From Eledone cirrhosa (taxonomy: Eukaryota), in contig OZ024755.1 in NCBI GenBank assembly GCA_964016885.1, forward strand, positions 35,092,001 to 35,156,000: a stretch of DNA of 64,000 nt. The letters are read 5' to 3'. Positions 38,912-52,813 of this stretch are shown one piece after another. Position 1 is the first letter of the stretch. Every line of letters begins with the position of its first letter. The notes under the pieces were generated by a model. That model ran no database searches. It saw only the letters and a program-made list of their open reading frames with translations, and had not been told where the DNA came from. The position numbers and the translations under genes are program-made.

Positions 38912-39105
38912 TAACAAAGGAAATGTGGTAAGGAACCAGATGGACCATAACGCACCAAAGTACTCAATACTTAGGGTAGTAGAGTGGGTAATAGGAACAA
39001 GTAGGACCCCGACGGCTGAGCTCAAGCCGTTTCGACGGTTAATTTTAGTCCAGAATTAGCCGTCGAAATGGCTTGAGCTCAGCCGTCGGGGTCCTACTTG
39101 TTCCT
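38912..39105 (-). mobile_element. (TA)n-embedded fold-back mini-element, copy 1 (54-bp arms, hammerhead 3' half)
   Basis: Arms 38993-39046 and 39052-39105; near-identical to 52199-52396. Confidence 0.8.
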
Positions 39106-39231
39106 CTCTATATATATATATATGTACATACAAACATATGTATATATATATATATGTACATACAAACATATGTATATATATATATATGTACATACAAACA
39201 TATGTATATATATATATATGTACATACAAAC

Positions 39232-39292
<61 letters not shown>

Positions 39293-39342
39293 ATAGTGTA
39301 TATATATATATATACACACACATTTATACATATATGTTTGTA

Positions 39343-39680
39343 TCATCATCATCATCATTTTATGTCCGCTTTTCCCTGCTTGCAAGGGTGGGACAGGAAT
39401 TGATTCTGGCTTGATTTCTACAGCTGGATGCCCTTCCTAACACCAACCTCATTTACAGTGGGTGCTGGGTGCTTTTTTGCAGTGGCACCTTCACTACCAC
39501 TTTGCAGTGGAATGATAGGGACCCCAGTCCCTATCATCTCATTTCTACAGCTGAGTAAACTGGAGCAATGTGAAATAAAGTGTCTTGCTCAAGGAAACAA
39601 CACATCACCCGATCTGAGAATTGAACTCACAACCTTTCGATTGCAAGCCCAATGCTCTAACCACTAAGCCATGTGCCTCC
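39343..39680 (-). mobile_element. SINE family A
   Basis: Reverse complement of 15320-15673. Confidence 0.9.
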
Positions 39681-40126
39681 ATATATATACACATATATAT
39701 ATATCTATATAATGCATATACATACACTATATTATTTATATATAAATATATTACATATACACTACATATACACACCCACACTCACATGTATAATGTAGTT
39801 GAACTTAATTATTCAACATAAAGTGTAATCAAATTGTTTTCTTTGATACTGCAAGAGAATTACATCAGCTGTATTTCATTATCGACTGTGTTTCATCGAT
39901 TTAAACTAATGCTGTTGCTTTACAGTAACAACAGTAGTAACAACAACAGCAATAACAGTAGCAACAACAATAGCAATAGCAACAACAACAGCAATAACAA
40001 CAACAACAACAGCAATAAGAGTAGTAGTTGAAGTAGTAATAATATATTCTAATATAGGTGAATGTTCACAAATTTTGGGGGTAGCAACTGCTGATTAAAT
40101 CAACTCCAATGCTAGATTGTTACTTG

Positions 40127-40971
<845 letters not shown>

Positions 40972-41863
40972 CAGGGTGCGGACGATATTTGTTCGCAAGA
41001 TTACTGTCTAGGAAAAAATAACGCAGTTGTTTTATTTTTTAAGTTATATTTATCAAACTTGGGTCAGTTTGTCTTCATGACTTGTTCTTTCGATCTCACT
41101 CGATAAACCCGCTATTGGCTTTGATGACAGCCTCAAGGTAGCCTCGGAACCGGCTACAGGCCTTCCTCACTGTCCCCCGACTTAGGCCCCTAAAGGCACT
41201 TGTGATCCTGGCCTTCAGATCGTCTTTCATATTGCAACTAGATCTGTTGGTGTCTCATTCCACTGCGCCACACACTAAGAAGTCGAGGGGGCTGCAGTCA
41301 GGCGAGCTGGGAGGCCAGATGTCAGGTGAAGTGTGGTCGACGAGGTTCTCTGACAGCCAGGCTTGGGTCTTTCAGCTGGTATGGCAGGGCGCTGAGTCTT
41401 GCTGCCACACGTACGGCCTACCTGCAGCTACCTGGTTGATCCAGGGCTTTACTACCTCGCTCAGAACGCGGATGTAGCCATCGATGTTCAGCTTGAGGCC
41501 CTCAGGGAAGAAGTGAGGTGGCATGACGTCACCTTCACTGCTGACGACACCTAAGACCAATGTTGTTGCTGGACACTTTGTTTGCATGACTCTGGGCACG
41601 TCTTTGGATGAGACAGCGAGCCACCTGCTGTTCTGGAAGTTGATCTTCTGATCTTATTTGTCCTCCCGGCGCGGATTCCAAGAAGAACTCCGTGTCTCTT
41701 CCACAAATTTGGAGGTTCAAAATTATTCATAATCAATTATTCTGAAAATAAATAATGGAAATATAGTCACTGTTTTTATGAAGACAAGAGTGACAACGGA
41801 AGTAAAAAAAATTTGCATGAAATTAGCAGTTGAAAATTGCGATCAAATATCGTCCACACCCTG
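40972..41863 (-). mobile_element. Internally deleted Tc1/mariner transposon, DD37D (maT-type)
   Basis: TIRs CAGGGTGCGGACGATATTTGTTCGCAA and TTGCGATCAAATATCGTCCACACCCTG+TA; transposase remnant VMPPHFF...WQQDSAPCHTS*KTQAWL...WPPSSPDCSPLD with 37 residues between the 2nd and 3rd D; stops and a large internal deletion. Confidence 0.88.
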
Positions 41864-42142
41864 TATATATATACACATATATATGTACTTATATATATAT
41901 ATACATATATATATATGTACATATATATATACATATATATATATATGTACATATATATATATATATGTACATATATATATATGTACATATATATATATAT
42001 GTACATATATATATATATATTAAAAATTTAATATAGAAATGGCTTCTACAGGACTAGAATTGTTTCATTCGAAAGAAAACATTTTTACTCTGTACTAATG
42101 TATTGAGTACCTTACAGTGGTTACCCCCCGATTCAACTCAGG

Positions 42143-42181
<39 letters not shown>

Positions 42182-42279
42182 GTGGTAGAACACTGGAAGG
42201 TAATATCCGTAGTGGTAGAGCACTCAGTCCATGGGACGAGTTAGGTAGAAGAGGTTACACAACAGTTAGTTCACCATAC

Positions 42280-42317
42280 CGAGAACAATTGTTTCACCTT
42301 AGCGGATCCTCAGCTCG
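42280..42317 (-). ncRNA. Minimal type I hammerhead ribozyme motif (family 2)
   Basis: Minus strand: CGAG-CTGAGGA-TCCGCTAAGGT-GAAA-C-AATT-G-TT-CTCG. Stem I CGAG/CTCG, palindromic loop III, GUU triplet; a 3' tail runs to (TA)n at 42180. Confidence 0.75.
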
Positions 42318-42971
42318 TAATGGACATGGTTATACTGAACATATATATATATACACATTATAATAGTAAAAGGGAGCAAAGAATCAGTATTGCATCATAT
42401 ACATATTTAATAACATATTACATATGTTTCACTGCTGTTCGGCTTGGAAGGATGAAAACACAGTTGACATTGGTTAGATTTTGAACTTGCAATGTAAAGG
42501 CTTGTAATTAAACAATGCAGTGCATTTTCTTCAATGCTCTACCAATCTATTAGTTTAAACTGCTGTAGTTTCTCTTGCATCGGCACAATGATTTTATAAT
42601 GAATAATAATGAAAATATTGTGTACAGTGCTCAGGTGCACTACAACTCATCAAAAGTGTATGTATAGTACATAGGGTAATGTAGGAACATCAGGAAAATG
42701 AACAGTGCACGAGTCATGATATACACGTGTGCATGTGTATGGAAGGGGGACATCAGGTGTAGTTCAAGGGAGAAATGGTATCATTAAATTAGATTTAACT
42801 CAATCAAATAGATGGAACAATGAAGGGCAAAATTGACCCTACTAAATCAATATATATGGGAAGGGTCTTCAGTACTTGATAAGTATTTTATTTATAGACC
42901 TCTTCAGTTGAATCAAAGTCCAAATCAACCTCACTTGGAATTGAACTGGAAATAATTTAGAATGATGTTAA

Positions 42972-43553
42972 ATAATTGTTTCTACTTTAGGCACAAGGCC
43001 AGCAATTTAAAGGCAGGGGGGTGGGGATCGATTAAATCGACCTCAGTGCATTACTACTTTTTTATCTATCGGCCCCATAAAGGCAAAGTTAACCTCGGCG
43101 GGTTTTGATCTCAGAAAGTAGAGGGCCATAGCTCTGCGCTAGAAAGCATGGTGTCTGATGCTCTACCAATTGGATTGGCAGTATCGGTAGAGGGTCGGAC
43201 GCCATGCTTTGACGCACAGAGTTACAGCCCTTGCCATTCTGAGTTCAAATCCCGCCGAGGTTAACTTTGCCTTTCATCCTTACGGGGTCGATAAAATAAA
43301 GTACCAGTAATACACTGGGTAATTGCTGGCCTTGTGCCTAACGTAGAAACAATTATTCTAAATAAGGGCGGCGGATTGGCAGTATCGGTAGAGGGTGAGA
43401 CGCCATGCTTAGCAGCAAAGGGTTATAGCCCTTTATGGTCTGAGTTCAAATCCTGCCAAGGTTAACTTTGCCTTTCATCCTTACAGGGTCGATAAAATAA
43501 CATACCAGTAATACACTGGAGTAATTGCTGGCCTTGTGCCAATAGTAGAAACA
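42972..43553. mobile_element. Cluster of three SINE family C copies (one minus 42972-43170, two plus 43172-43350 and 43366-43553)
   Basis: Match 30307-30490; AATTATTCTAAATAA is duplicated at 43351-43365 and 43553-43567 (TSD). Confidence 0.85.
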
Positions 43554-43665
43554 ATTATTCTAAATAATGTTTTCTAATTTAGACACAAGGGCAATAGTTT
43601 AATGGAGGAGAAAGCCAATGAAATGGACCCATTATTTGACAGTTACTTTATTATATTGGCCCCAG

Positions 43666-44772
43666 ATCAGACTCTTCCAAGTAACAATTCAACCAATCTT
43701 GATATATGGAAGTGAAACATGGACGTTTTCATCCAAACAACAAAAGCACCTTGATGCCACTTACACTCGCCTGCTTCAACTCATTCAGAACATAACCTGG
43801 CGACATCTGACGTTGAAAAAAATATATGACAGCCTCCCACGTATAACTGTCGTTGTACGTAAAAGGAGAGTAAGATTTGCTGGCCGCTGCCATTGTGCCA
43901 CCTCTGAGGCTGTGTCCCCATTAGTGCTTTCGAAGCCACAAGCAATCACTAATAACAGGGGATGCAAGCTCTCCTACCCCAATTTGCTGGCCACTGCCAT
44001 TGTGCCACCTCTGAGGCTGTGTCCCCATTAGTGCTTTCGAAGCCACAAGCAATCACTAATAACAGGGGGTGCAAGCTCTCCTACTCCAATTTGCTGGCCA
44101 CTGCCATTGTGCCACCTCTGAGGCTGTGTCCCCATTAGTGCTTTCGAAGCCACAAGCAATCACTAATAACAGGGGATGCAAGCTCTCCTACCCCAATTTG
44201 CTGGCCACTGCCATTGTGCCACCTCTGAGGCTGTGTCCCCATTAGTGCTTTCGAAGCCACAAGCAATCACTAATAACAGGGGGTGCAAGCTGTCCTACCC
44301 CAATTTGCTGGCCACTGCCATTGTGCCACCTCTGAGGCTGTGTCCCCATTAGTGCTTTCGAAGCCACAAGCAATCACTAATAACAGGGGGTGCAAGCTCT
44401 CCTACCCCAATTTGCTGGCCACTGCCATTGTGCCACCTCTGAGGCTGTGCCACCTCTGAGACTGTGTCCCCATTAGTGCTTTTGAAGCCACAAGCAGTCA
44501 CTAATAACAGGGGGTGCAAGCTCTCCTACCCCAATTTGCTGGCCACTGCCATTGTGCCACCTCTGAGGCTGTGCCACCTCTGAGGCTGTGTCCCCATTAG
44601 TGCTCAAGAAACCACAAGCAGTCACTAATAACAAGGGGCACAAGCTCTCCTACCCCGATGTCATCTCCAGAGATTCTGGTATTGAAATCCAGGATTTGGC
44701 AACGACAATGAACGACAGACCCACGTGGAGATCAATTGTTGAGTCGATCTTGGCAGAGGCCGCCGGATGATG
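43666..44772 (+). mobile_element. 5'-truncated RTE-type LINE (third family) with 7 x 107-bp internal tandem array, inserted into an old SINE C
   Basis: IRLFQVTIQPILIYGSETW...RRVRFAGRC...KLSYPDVISRDSG...MNDRPTWR; unit starts at 43875, 43982, 44089 ... 44534; TSD-like ATATTG(G/A)CCCCAGA at 43652 and 44773. Confidence 0.85.
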
Positions 44773-45251
44773 ATATTGACCCCAGAAGGTTGAAAGGCAA
44801 AAAAACTGACCCCGGCAGGATTTGAACTCAGAACGTAAATTCCACTAAATGCCACAAACCATTCTGTCTGTCAATCTACAAATACTGCCAATCCACTAAT
44901 ACTTAGAATATAACTAAATAGCACAAATAATATTGATTAGCACTGTTGTTTCTGCCACTCGGTAATATCCCACATTGGCACTTAAACACAGATGCAGTTG
45001 TAGTTTTTAAACCCTGATCAGCCCTAATTGAACTGACCTATGATCAAATATGTTCCAGACATGATAATTAAGTATGCTACCATAATGGATATACGATAAT
45101 TACAGCTCACATATATTACACCTTTGAAAAGGGATATTTTACTTGAAATATATTAGGAACAATTAAGTAGTTCTACGATAACATGTGGATATCTTTGTTA
45201 ATACTATGTGTTCAATTTACATTGTTATAGCTTTCTGTAAAAACTGTTTTG

Positions 45252-45316
<65 letters not shown>

Positions 45317-45560
45317 TGTGTGTGTGACTGTGTTAATGAAAGAACAAAGACAGCATTTTGGCATGCAAGTTATAAATAAATTTACGCGCTTCGATTTAAT
45401 AAGCTTTGCTGTGCAAATAGACTTCATAGTTGAACCAGAGAATGTTTCGAGAAGTTCTGCATTGTAGTAAACCATCATTAATCTGGAACCTGGGGGGTGG
45501 TAGAGATGATATAATAGCATATTAAATATCAAATGATGGTATATATTATATTATTTATTA

Positions 45561-46491
45561 CTAGCTGAATTACCCAGCGTTGCCTGGGTTACTGCTGTCC
45601 CTATTCAGATGAGTAAACAATAAATATGAAGATGTTTTTTTTTCTCATAATTATTTCAAAATATCTATATTTTATTTTTAAAATATCAAAATTGTAATGA
45701 TAATAGAATTTAGAAATGAAAATCTGTCAATCTTGAAGTACCTTAGGGTAAACAATATTCATTGTGTAATTTTTTGTTGGTGTCCAAATGAATAAATTGT
45801 TGCTACACACTCTCACACACACTCTCATATACATATCCTAAGAAACACACACAGACATACATTCACGCACACACACACACACAGCTTTTCACCTCATTCT
45901 TGGTCAGTTGCTACATTAGTGTAGATGTGTGTATGTATTTAATAACATACCTAATGAACGCGCGCACACTCACTCACAGACACATACATATTCATATGCA
46001 AAATGTGACATTGGTGTGTTGTTTTCTATTGTTTTAATGCAAATAAAAATAAAAATTATCACGCATACACTCTCTCACACACATACACTCACATACATAT
46101 ACTAAGACAGACATACATGCAGACATACATTCACACACACTTATCTGTCATCACATATATATCTATGTGTAGATGTGTGTGTGTGTGAAGATAATGTGTT
46201 TGCAACTTATGTAGTAATGAACTCGCAAACACTCACACTCACAGACACATACACACTCATACAAAATGTGACTCGTCATAGTGGTGGTGATGGTTTACTA
46301 TAGTTCACTATAGAAATGTTACTTTAGATAAAATATTATATCATTTTAATCCAAATGAAAATAAAAATTACATGTTGACACTCTCAGAGTCTGATACCTT
46401 ATTTGATTTGATTTGATTTGATCCAGCCGTTTGAGAATGCATAGGAACAGAGAGACAGACAGACAGACAGACAAAGAATTTTATATATAGA
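45561..46491 (-). mobile_element. Non-autonomous Helitron
   Basis: Minus strand starts TCTATATATAAAATTC-(TGTC)n and ends ACCCAGGCAACGCTGGGT-AATTCAG-CTAG|T. Confidence 0.72.
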
Positions 46492-46532
46492 GAGACTAGC
46501 AGAAAACCACCCGGGGGGGGGGGGTCTGCTAG

Positions 46533-47037
46533 TCTATATATCTAAAACAGAGAATGTCTGTCTGTCTGTCAGCTCACTAAAACTTAAGAACCATCCAACC
46601 GATTGTTTTCAAACTTTAGACATGTAATACTTATGGTCCTGTGAGTGTTTTGAGCAAAAATTATTTCAAATTTTCAATGCCCTAGGGACCGCATTAAGCG
46701 ATTTAGTGTTCTCTCTATATAATTCTTAGTCTTTCTTTTTAGATAGATACATAGATATAACGTTGCGCCCTTATAATATCTGTCTGTATGTCTGGCTGTC
46801 TGCATTACGTCATTATAACGCGCTCAGCGCGATTCCCTCGGCCTCAGTGACCAAAGTCAGTGGAGAGGGGAAGGTAATGTTTCTGTAGCACATCTTTTAG
46901 CGTCTATTCACTCTCTCTCTCTCCCTCCCGCTATCCCCCTCTCGTAGTCTGTCTCTTTCTTTCACTCACTCTCTCTCTACGCACGTGTTTCCACTGTCGG
47001 ACAGACAGACAGAGAAATTACTGGTTATATATATAAG
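46533..47037 (+). mobile_element. Helitron 5' block (family of 734/1324) joined to an inverted Helitron-like 5' terminus
   Basis: 46533-46812 aligns to 734-1020; ends ACAGACAGACAGAGAAATTACTGGTTATATATATAAG with no 3' hairpin or CTAG. Confidence 0.6.
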
Positions 47038-47104
47038 TATAATGAATGATTTTATTTATATATTATTTACAAGTTGCATGTAGGCAGGTCTCTCTGGAAA
47101 TAGA

Positions 47105-47485
47105 GTTGGGGGGGGGTTGAGGGTATTATGTGGCCGTGAGGGGGGTGTTGAGGGTATTGTGGCCGTGAGGGGGGTGTTGAGGGTATTGTGGCCGTGGGGG
47201 GGTTTTGAGGGTATTGTGTGGCTGTGAGGGGGGTGTTGAGGGTATTGTGTGGCTGTGAGGGTGGTGTTGAGGGTATTATGTGGCCGGGGGGAGGGGGGCT
47301 TGTGGGGGACGCTTGTAGGGGGGGGGGGGGGTTGATGGTATTACGGGGCTGTGAGGGGTAGTGTTGAGGGTATTATGGGGCCGTGAAGGGGCGTTGAGCA
47401 TATTATGTGGCTGTGAGTGGGGGGTGTTGAGGGTATTATGTGGCCGTGAATGGGGTGGGGTGACCCAGAAGGTTTGAGAACCTCT
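47105..47485. repeat. G-rich ~30-bp minisatellite, possibly inside a degenerate hAT-like MITE
   Basis: Unit ~GGGGGTGTTGAGGGTATTATGTGGCCGTGA; ends GTTTGAGAACCTCT (resembles a hAT TIR). Confidence 0.65.
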
Positions 47486-47759
47486 CGTTTAATATCAAAT
47501 GAGGAAGGGCACATTGGATGTTTCTAGATACTCAGTGTTTGAAACAGAGTTGCAACTAATTAGCAACTAATTAGCAACTAACTGATGAGGATTGTCAGTA
47601 TTGGTAGAGCATCAGACAATATGATTTGTGGCATAGAGTTACGTCCATCTGCGTTCCGAGTTAAAATGCTGTCAAGGTTAGCTTTGCTTTTCATCATTAC
47701 GGGGGTTGGTAAAATATAGTAGCAGTAATGTACTGGGGTTGATTTCATCGACTCTTGCC

Positions 47760-48080
47760 CATCACGACCACCAATACCGCTACCATCAATGTCACCATCA
47801 ACACCACCACCACCACCACCATCAATACCAACACAACCACCACCATCAATACCACGACCATCACCATCAATATCATCATCACCACCATCACCATCAACAC
47901 CACCACCACCACCACCACCACCACCATCAATACCAACACCACCACCACCACCATCAATACCACGACCATCACCATCAATATCATCATCACCACCATCACC
48001 ATCAACACCACCACCACCACCACCACCACAACCACCACCAAAACCATCATCACCGCCACAATCACCAGCACCATCATCAA
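47760..48080. repeat. (CAC/CAT)n compound repeat
   Basis: Read directly. Confidence 0.9.
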
Positions 48081-48319
48081 CTAGAACAAGGACCTCCTTC
48101 ACTCTGTTATAAGTGACCCCAACCCAAGTTCACCACTGCTATTCCAGTTGAGATGCTAGAATAACCTTAGTTCCATTTGAATTGAGACCAGAACCTTCTT
48201 GGGAGAATTCCTCAACATTCAGCCTTGGGTAAGTTTAGTAAAGTAATTTGCATGTCATTCCATATATGGTTATATGGATTCACATCAGAAATGCTCTATT
48301 TGTATCTAACTTTCCTTCA

Positions 48320-50465
48320 CCATTACTACCACCACTACTACCACTGTTACCACCACTACCACCACCAATGTTACCACCACTACCACCATTATCAGTGTTA
48401 CTACCAACACCAGCACTACCACCACCACTGCCACCATTACCAGTGTTACTACCAACACCAGCACTACCACCACAACCAGCACTACCACCACCACTACCAC
48501 CATTACCAGTGTTACTACCAACACCAGCACTACCACCACAACCAGCACTACCACCACCACTACCACCATTACCAGTGTTACTACCAACACCAGCACTACC
48601 ACCACAACCACTACCACCACTACCACCACCACTGCCACCATTATCAGTGTTACTACCAACACCAGCACTACCACCACAACCACTACCACCACTACCACCA
48701 CTACTGCCACCATTACCAGTGTTAGTACCAACACCAGCACTACCACCACAACCACCACTACCACCACCACTGCCACCATTACCAGTGTTACTACCAACAC
48801 CAGCACTACCACCACAACCACTACCACCACCACCACCACCACTGCCACCATTACCAGTGTTACTACCAACACCAGCACTACCACCACAACCACTACCACT
48901 ACTACCACCACCACTGCCACCATTACCAGTGTTACTACCAACACCAGCACTACCACCACAACCACTACCACCACTACCACCACCACTGCCACCATTACCA
49001 GTGTTAGTACCAACACCAGCACTACCACCACAACCACTACCACCACTACCACCACCACTGCCACCATTACCAGTGTTACTACCAACACCAGCACTACCAC
49101 CACAACCACTACCACCACTACCACCACCACTGCCACCATTACCAGTGTTACTACCAACACCAGCACTACCACCACAACCACTACCACCACTACCACCACC
49201 ACTGCCACCATTAGCAGTGTTACTACCAACACCAGCACTACCACCACAACCACTACCACCACCACTGTTACCACCACTGCCACCATTACTACCACCACTA
49301 CTGCCACTACCGCCACTGCCACCACTACCACCACTACAACAACACACCAACACCACTATAAACCATACTACAACACACCACCACCACTATAAACCATACA
49401 ACACACCACCACCACCACCACTATAAACCATACTACAACACACCACCACCACCACTATAAACCGTACTACACCACACCACTACACCACGACCACACACCA
49501 CTACCACTATAAACCATACTACACCACACCACCACCACTACTATAAACCATACTACACCACCACCACACCACCACCACCACTACTATAAACCATACTACA
49601 CCACCACCACCACTATAAGGCATACTACACCACCACCACCACTATAAACCATACTACACCACCACCACCACCACTATAAGCCATACTACACCACCACTAC
49701 ACCACCACGACCACTATAAGCCATACTACACCACCACTACACCACCACCACCATCACTATAAGCAATACTACACCACCACTACACCACCACCACCACCAC
49801 CACAAGCCATACTACACCACCACCACCACAAGCCATACTACACCACCACCACCACTATAAGCCATACTACACCACCACCACCACTATAAGCCATACTACA
49901 CCACCACCACCACTATAAGCTATATTACACCACCACTACACCACCACGACCACTATAAGCCATACTACACCACCACTATACCACCACCACCATCACTATA
50001 AGCAATACTACACCACCACTACACCACCACCACCACCACTACACCACCACCACAAGCCATACTACACCACCACCACCACCACCACTACACCACCACCACC
50101 ACCACCACTACACCACCACCACAAGCCATACTACACCACCACCACCACCACTACAAGCCATACTACACCACCACCACCACCACTACACCACCACCACACC
50201 ACCACTACAAGCCATACTACACCACCACCACCACCACTACAAGCCATACTACACCACCACCACCACCACCACTACACCACCACTACACCACCACCACCAC
50301 CACTACACCACCACCACAAGCCATACTACACCACCACCACCACCACTACAAGCCATACTACACCACCACCACCACCACCACCACCACACCACCACCACAA
50401 GCCATACTACACCACCACCACCACCACCACTACACCACCACTACACCACCACCACCACTATAAGC
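48320..50465. repeat. (CAC/TAC)-based minisatellites: ~72-bp unit (48390-49260), then CCATACTACACCACC-based units
   Basis: Read directly; source of the spurious poly-Pro, poly-Gly and poly-Val ORFs. Confidence 0.9.
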
Positions 50466-50699
50466 CACAGCCACTCTTTTTTCTGCTTGGAATTCCAAGT
50501 TATGAAGAGAAAAAAAAAATGTAAAATATTTGCTTTACTTTGAATTAAATCTTGTTCAGCATAAAATCTTTCATTGAATTAAACTGCTGGCTTTGATATC
50601 AACATTTCTCTCTTTCCCCCCTCTTTCTAACAATACCCCCCCCCTCTTTGCTCCCCCTCTCTCTGTCCTAGAATGTATCGCAAATCAGTCTACCCCTTT

Positions 50700-51235
50700 A
50701 TGTGTGTGTATATATAGATATATAGATATATACACATATATATACACATACATACACACGTATATATATATACACACACATATATATACACACATATATA
50801 TATATATACACATATATATATATGTACATATATATGTATATATGTATGTGTACATGTATATATATGTGTACATGTATATATATGTGTACATGTATATATA
50901 TGTGTACATGTATATATATATGTGTATGTATACAGACATATATATATGTGTGCATGTATACATGTATATATATATATGTGTGTATGTATACATGTATATA
51001 TATATGTGTATGTATACATGTATATATATATGTGTATGTATACATGTATATATATGTGTATATATACATATATATGTGTATATATACATACATATATACA
51101 CATATATATATACACATATATATATATACATATATATACACATATATATATACATATATATACATATACACATATATACATTTACACATATATACATATA
51201 TATGTATGTATATGTATATGTATATATACATATGC
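50700..51235. repeat. (TA)n/(TG)n compound microsatellite
   Basis: Read directly. Confidence 0.92.
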
Positions 51236-51350
51236 AATATTCTTATTGTCTACAAGTTTCATTTTTTCTCTCATACTTTATCATTTCCTCATTTATCACT
51301 TACTACATGTCTAAACTGCCCCCAGCCCCACCCCCTCTCTCTCTCTCTCT

Positions 51351-51388
<38 letters not shown>

Positions 51389-52166
51389 TCAAGTATAAAA
51401 CTTGTAGAATTTTGTATAAAGAAAAGAAAATTGTACAAATTTCATACTTGACTCTATATACGTATATATAAAATATTCTTTTTTCCTCTTTAGTAGTTTA
51501 CATTTTATCACTATCTCTTTTACATTTCCTCTCTCACTCACACAGTCTATTATCTAATTCTTTCCATTCCCCACTCTACTTTTCTTCACACACAAACATA
51601 CACACTCACATATATATTTTACCTTTATTCTTTCTTACACACACTACTACATGTTTAGTTCAATTTCTTATCCAATCTCTATAAAGCAGATAGTTTCACT
51701 TTCTCTTTAGTCTATATATTGCTGTATACCTCTCTATATAACCTTAGAATGGTCTTTCTATCTCTTTGCCTACTTTTCTGACATATACATATATACTGGC
51801 ACACATATATATATATTTATATATTACATAACAGACCATAGAATATATAGATTCATATATTTTATGGAATTGACCGTGTTGGTACCAACACACCTGTAAC
51901 CAGGCCATTTTAGAGTGTTCATATATATATAAGAAAACTTTCCATCATAATTTTATTTTTTTTAATGTCGTGAAGTACTTTTCTAAACATCAGCTTACTA
52001 ATGCAAATCCTAGTTGCAACAAACTCATGTATATATAAATATATTAGAAAAGGGAAGTTAGGTTCTACACAAAACAGTGGTTATAGAGAAAAGGTGAAGT
52101 TGGAAATAGCACGGAAAATATATTTAAGGGTCTGTTTTTCTTTTTTCTATTTCCAACTTCACCTTT

Positions 52167-52198
<32 letters not shown>

Positions 52199-52200
<2 letters not shown>

Positions 52201-52396
52201 ACGAAGGAAATGTGGTAAGGAACCAGGTGGACCATAACGTACCAAAGTACTCAATACTTAGGGTAGTAGAGTGGGTAATAGGAACAAGTAAGACCCCGAC
52301 GGCTGAGCTCAAGCCGTTTCGACGGCTAATTCTGGACGAGAATTAGCCGTCGAAACGGCTTGAGCTCAGCCGTCGGGGTCTTACTTGTTCCTATTA
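52199..52396 (-). mobile_element. (TA)n-embedded fold-back mini-element, copy 2 (perfect 58-bp arms)
   Basis: Arms 52276-52333 and 52339-52396, loop GGACG; contains GAAA-CGGCT-TGAGCTC-AGCCG-TC (hammerhead stem III and GUC). Confidence 0.82.
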
Positions 52397-52428
<32 letters not shown>

Positions 52429-52813
52429 ATATGGTAGTCGTGTGGTAAAGTGGTGGTCTTGTAGGTAGGTAGTGATGGTAAGTAGTGAAGGTTTGAGTCG
52501 AGGGGGAACTAAAAAGGTCGCTTCGAGATGTACGTGGCCCCGGGAAGCCCAGAAGGTAGAGACCATTATTTTAATTTAAAAAATAAAAATATTTTAAATT
52601 TTAGATAAAGGAGATTGAAACCCTACCTCCAATCTACACATACTTAAAGCATGCATAGGTACAACACAACTACCCACACACCCTCTGTATTATACGTAAG
52701 TTCTTTCATGTCTCAATCTTAAGGTATATAAATATTGAGTCTTGTCATATCATATTCACTACCATGACTGAATCTTAACCATCTACTATGTCAGGGTATG
52801 CCATGCATCATCT

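Noticed and set aside
42600-42765. Possible L2/CR1 3' end on the minus strand
   Set aside because: Only a tail-like (AAT)n and a vague resemblance; no ORF or second copy in the window.
48248-49426. Pro-rich 392-aa and Gly-rich 358-aa ORFs as structural proteins
   Set aside because: Translations of a (CAC/TAC) minisatellite that is open on both strands; no signal peptide or non-repetitive domain.
52332-52380. Complete hammerhead using CTGGACGA as the core
   Set aside because: The core has an extra base and stem I cannot form; only the 3' half is credible.
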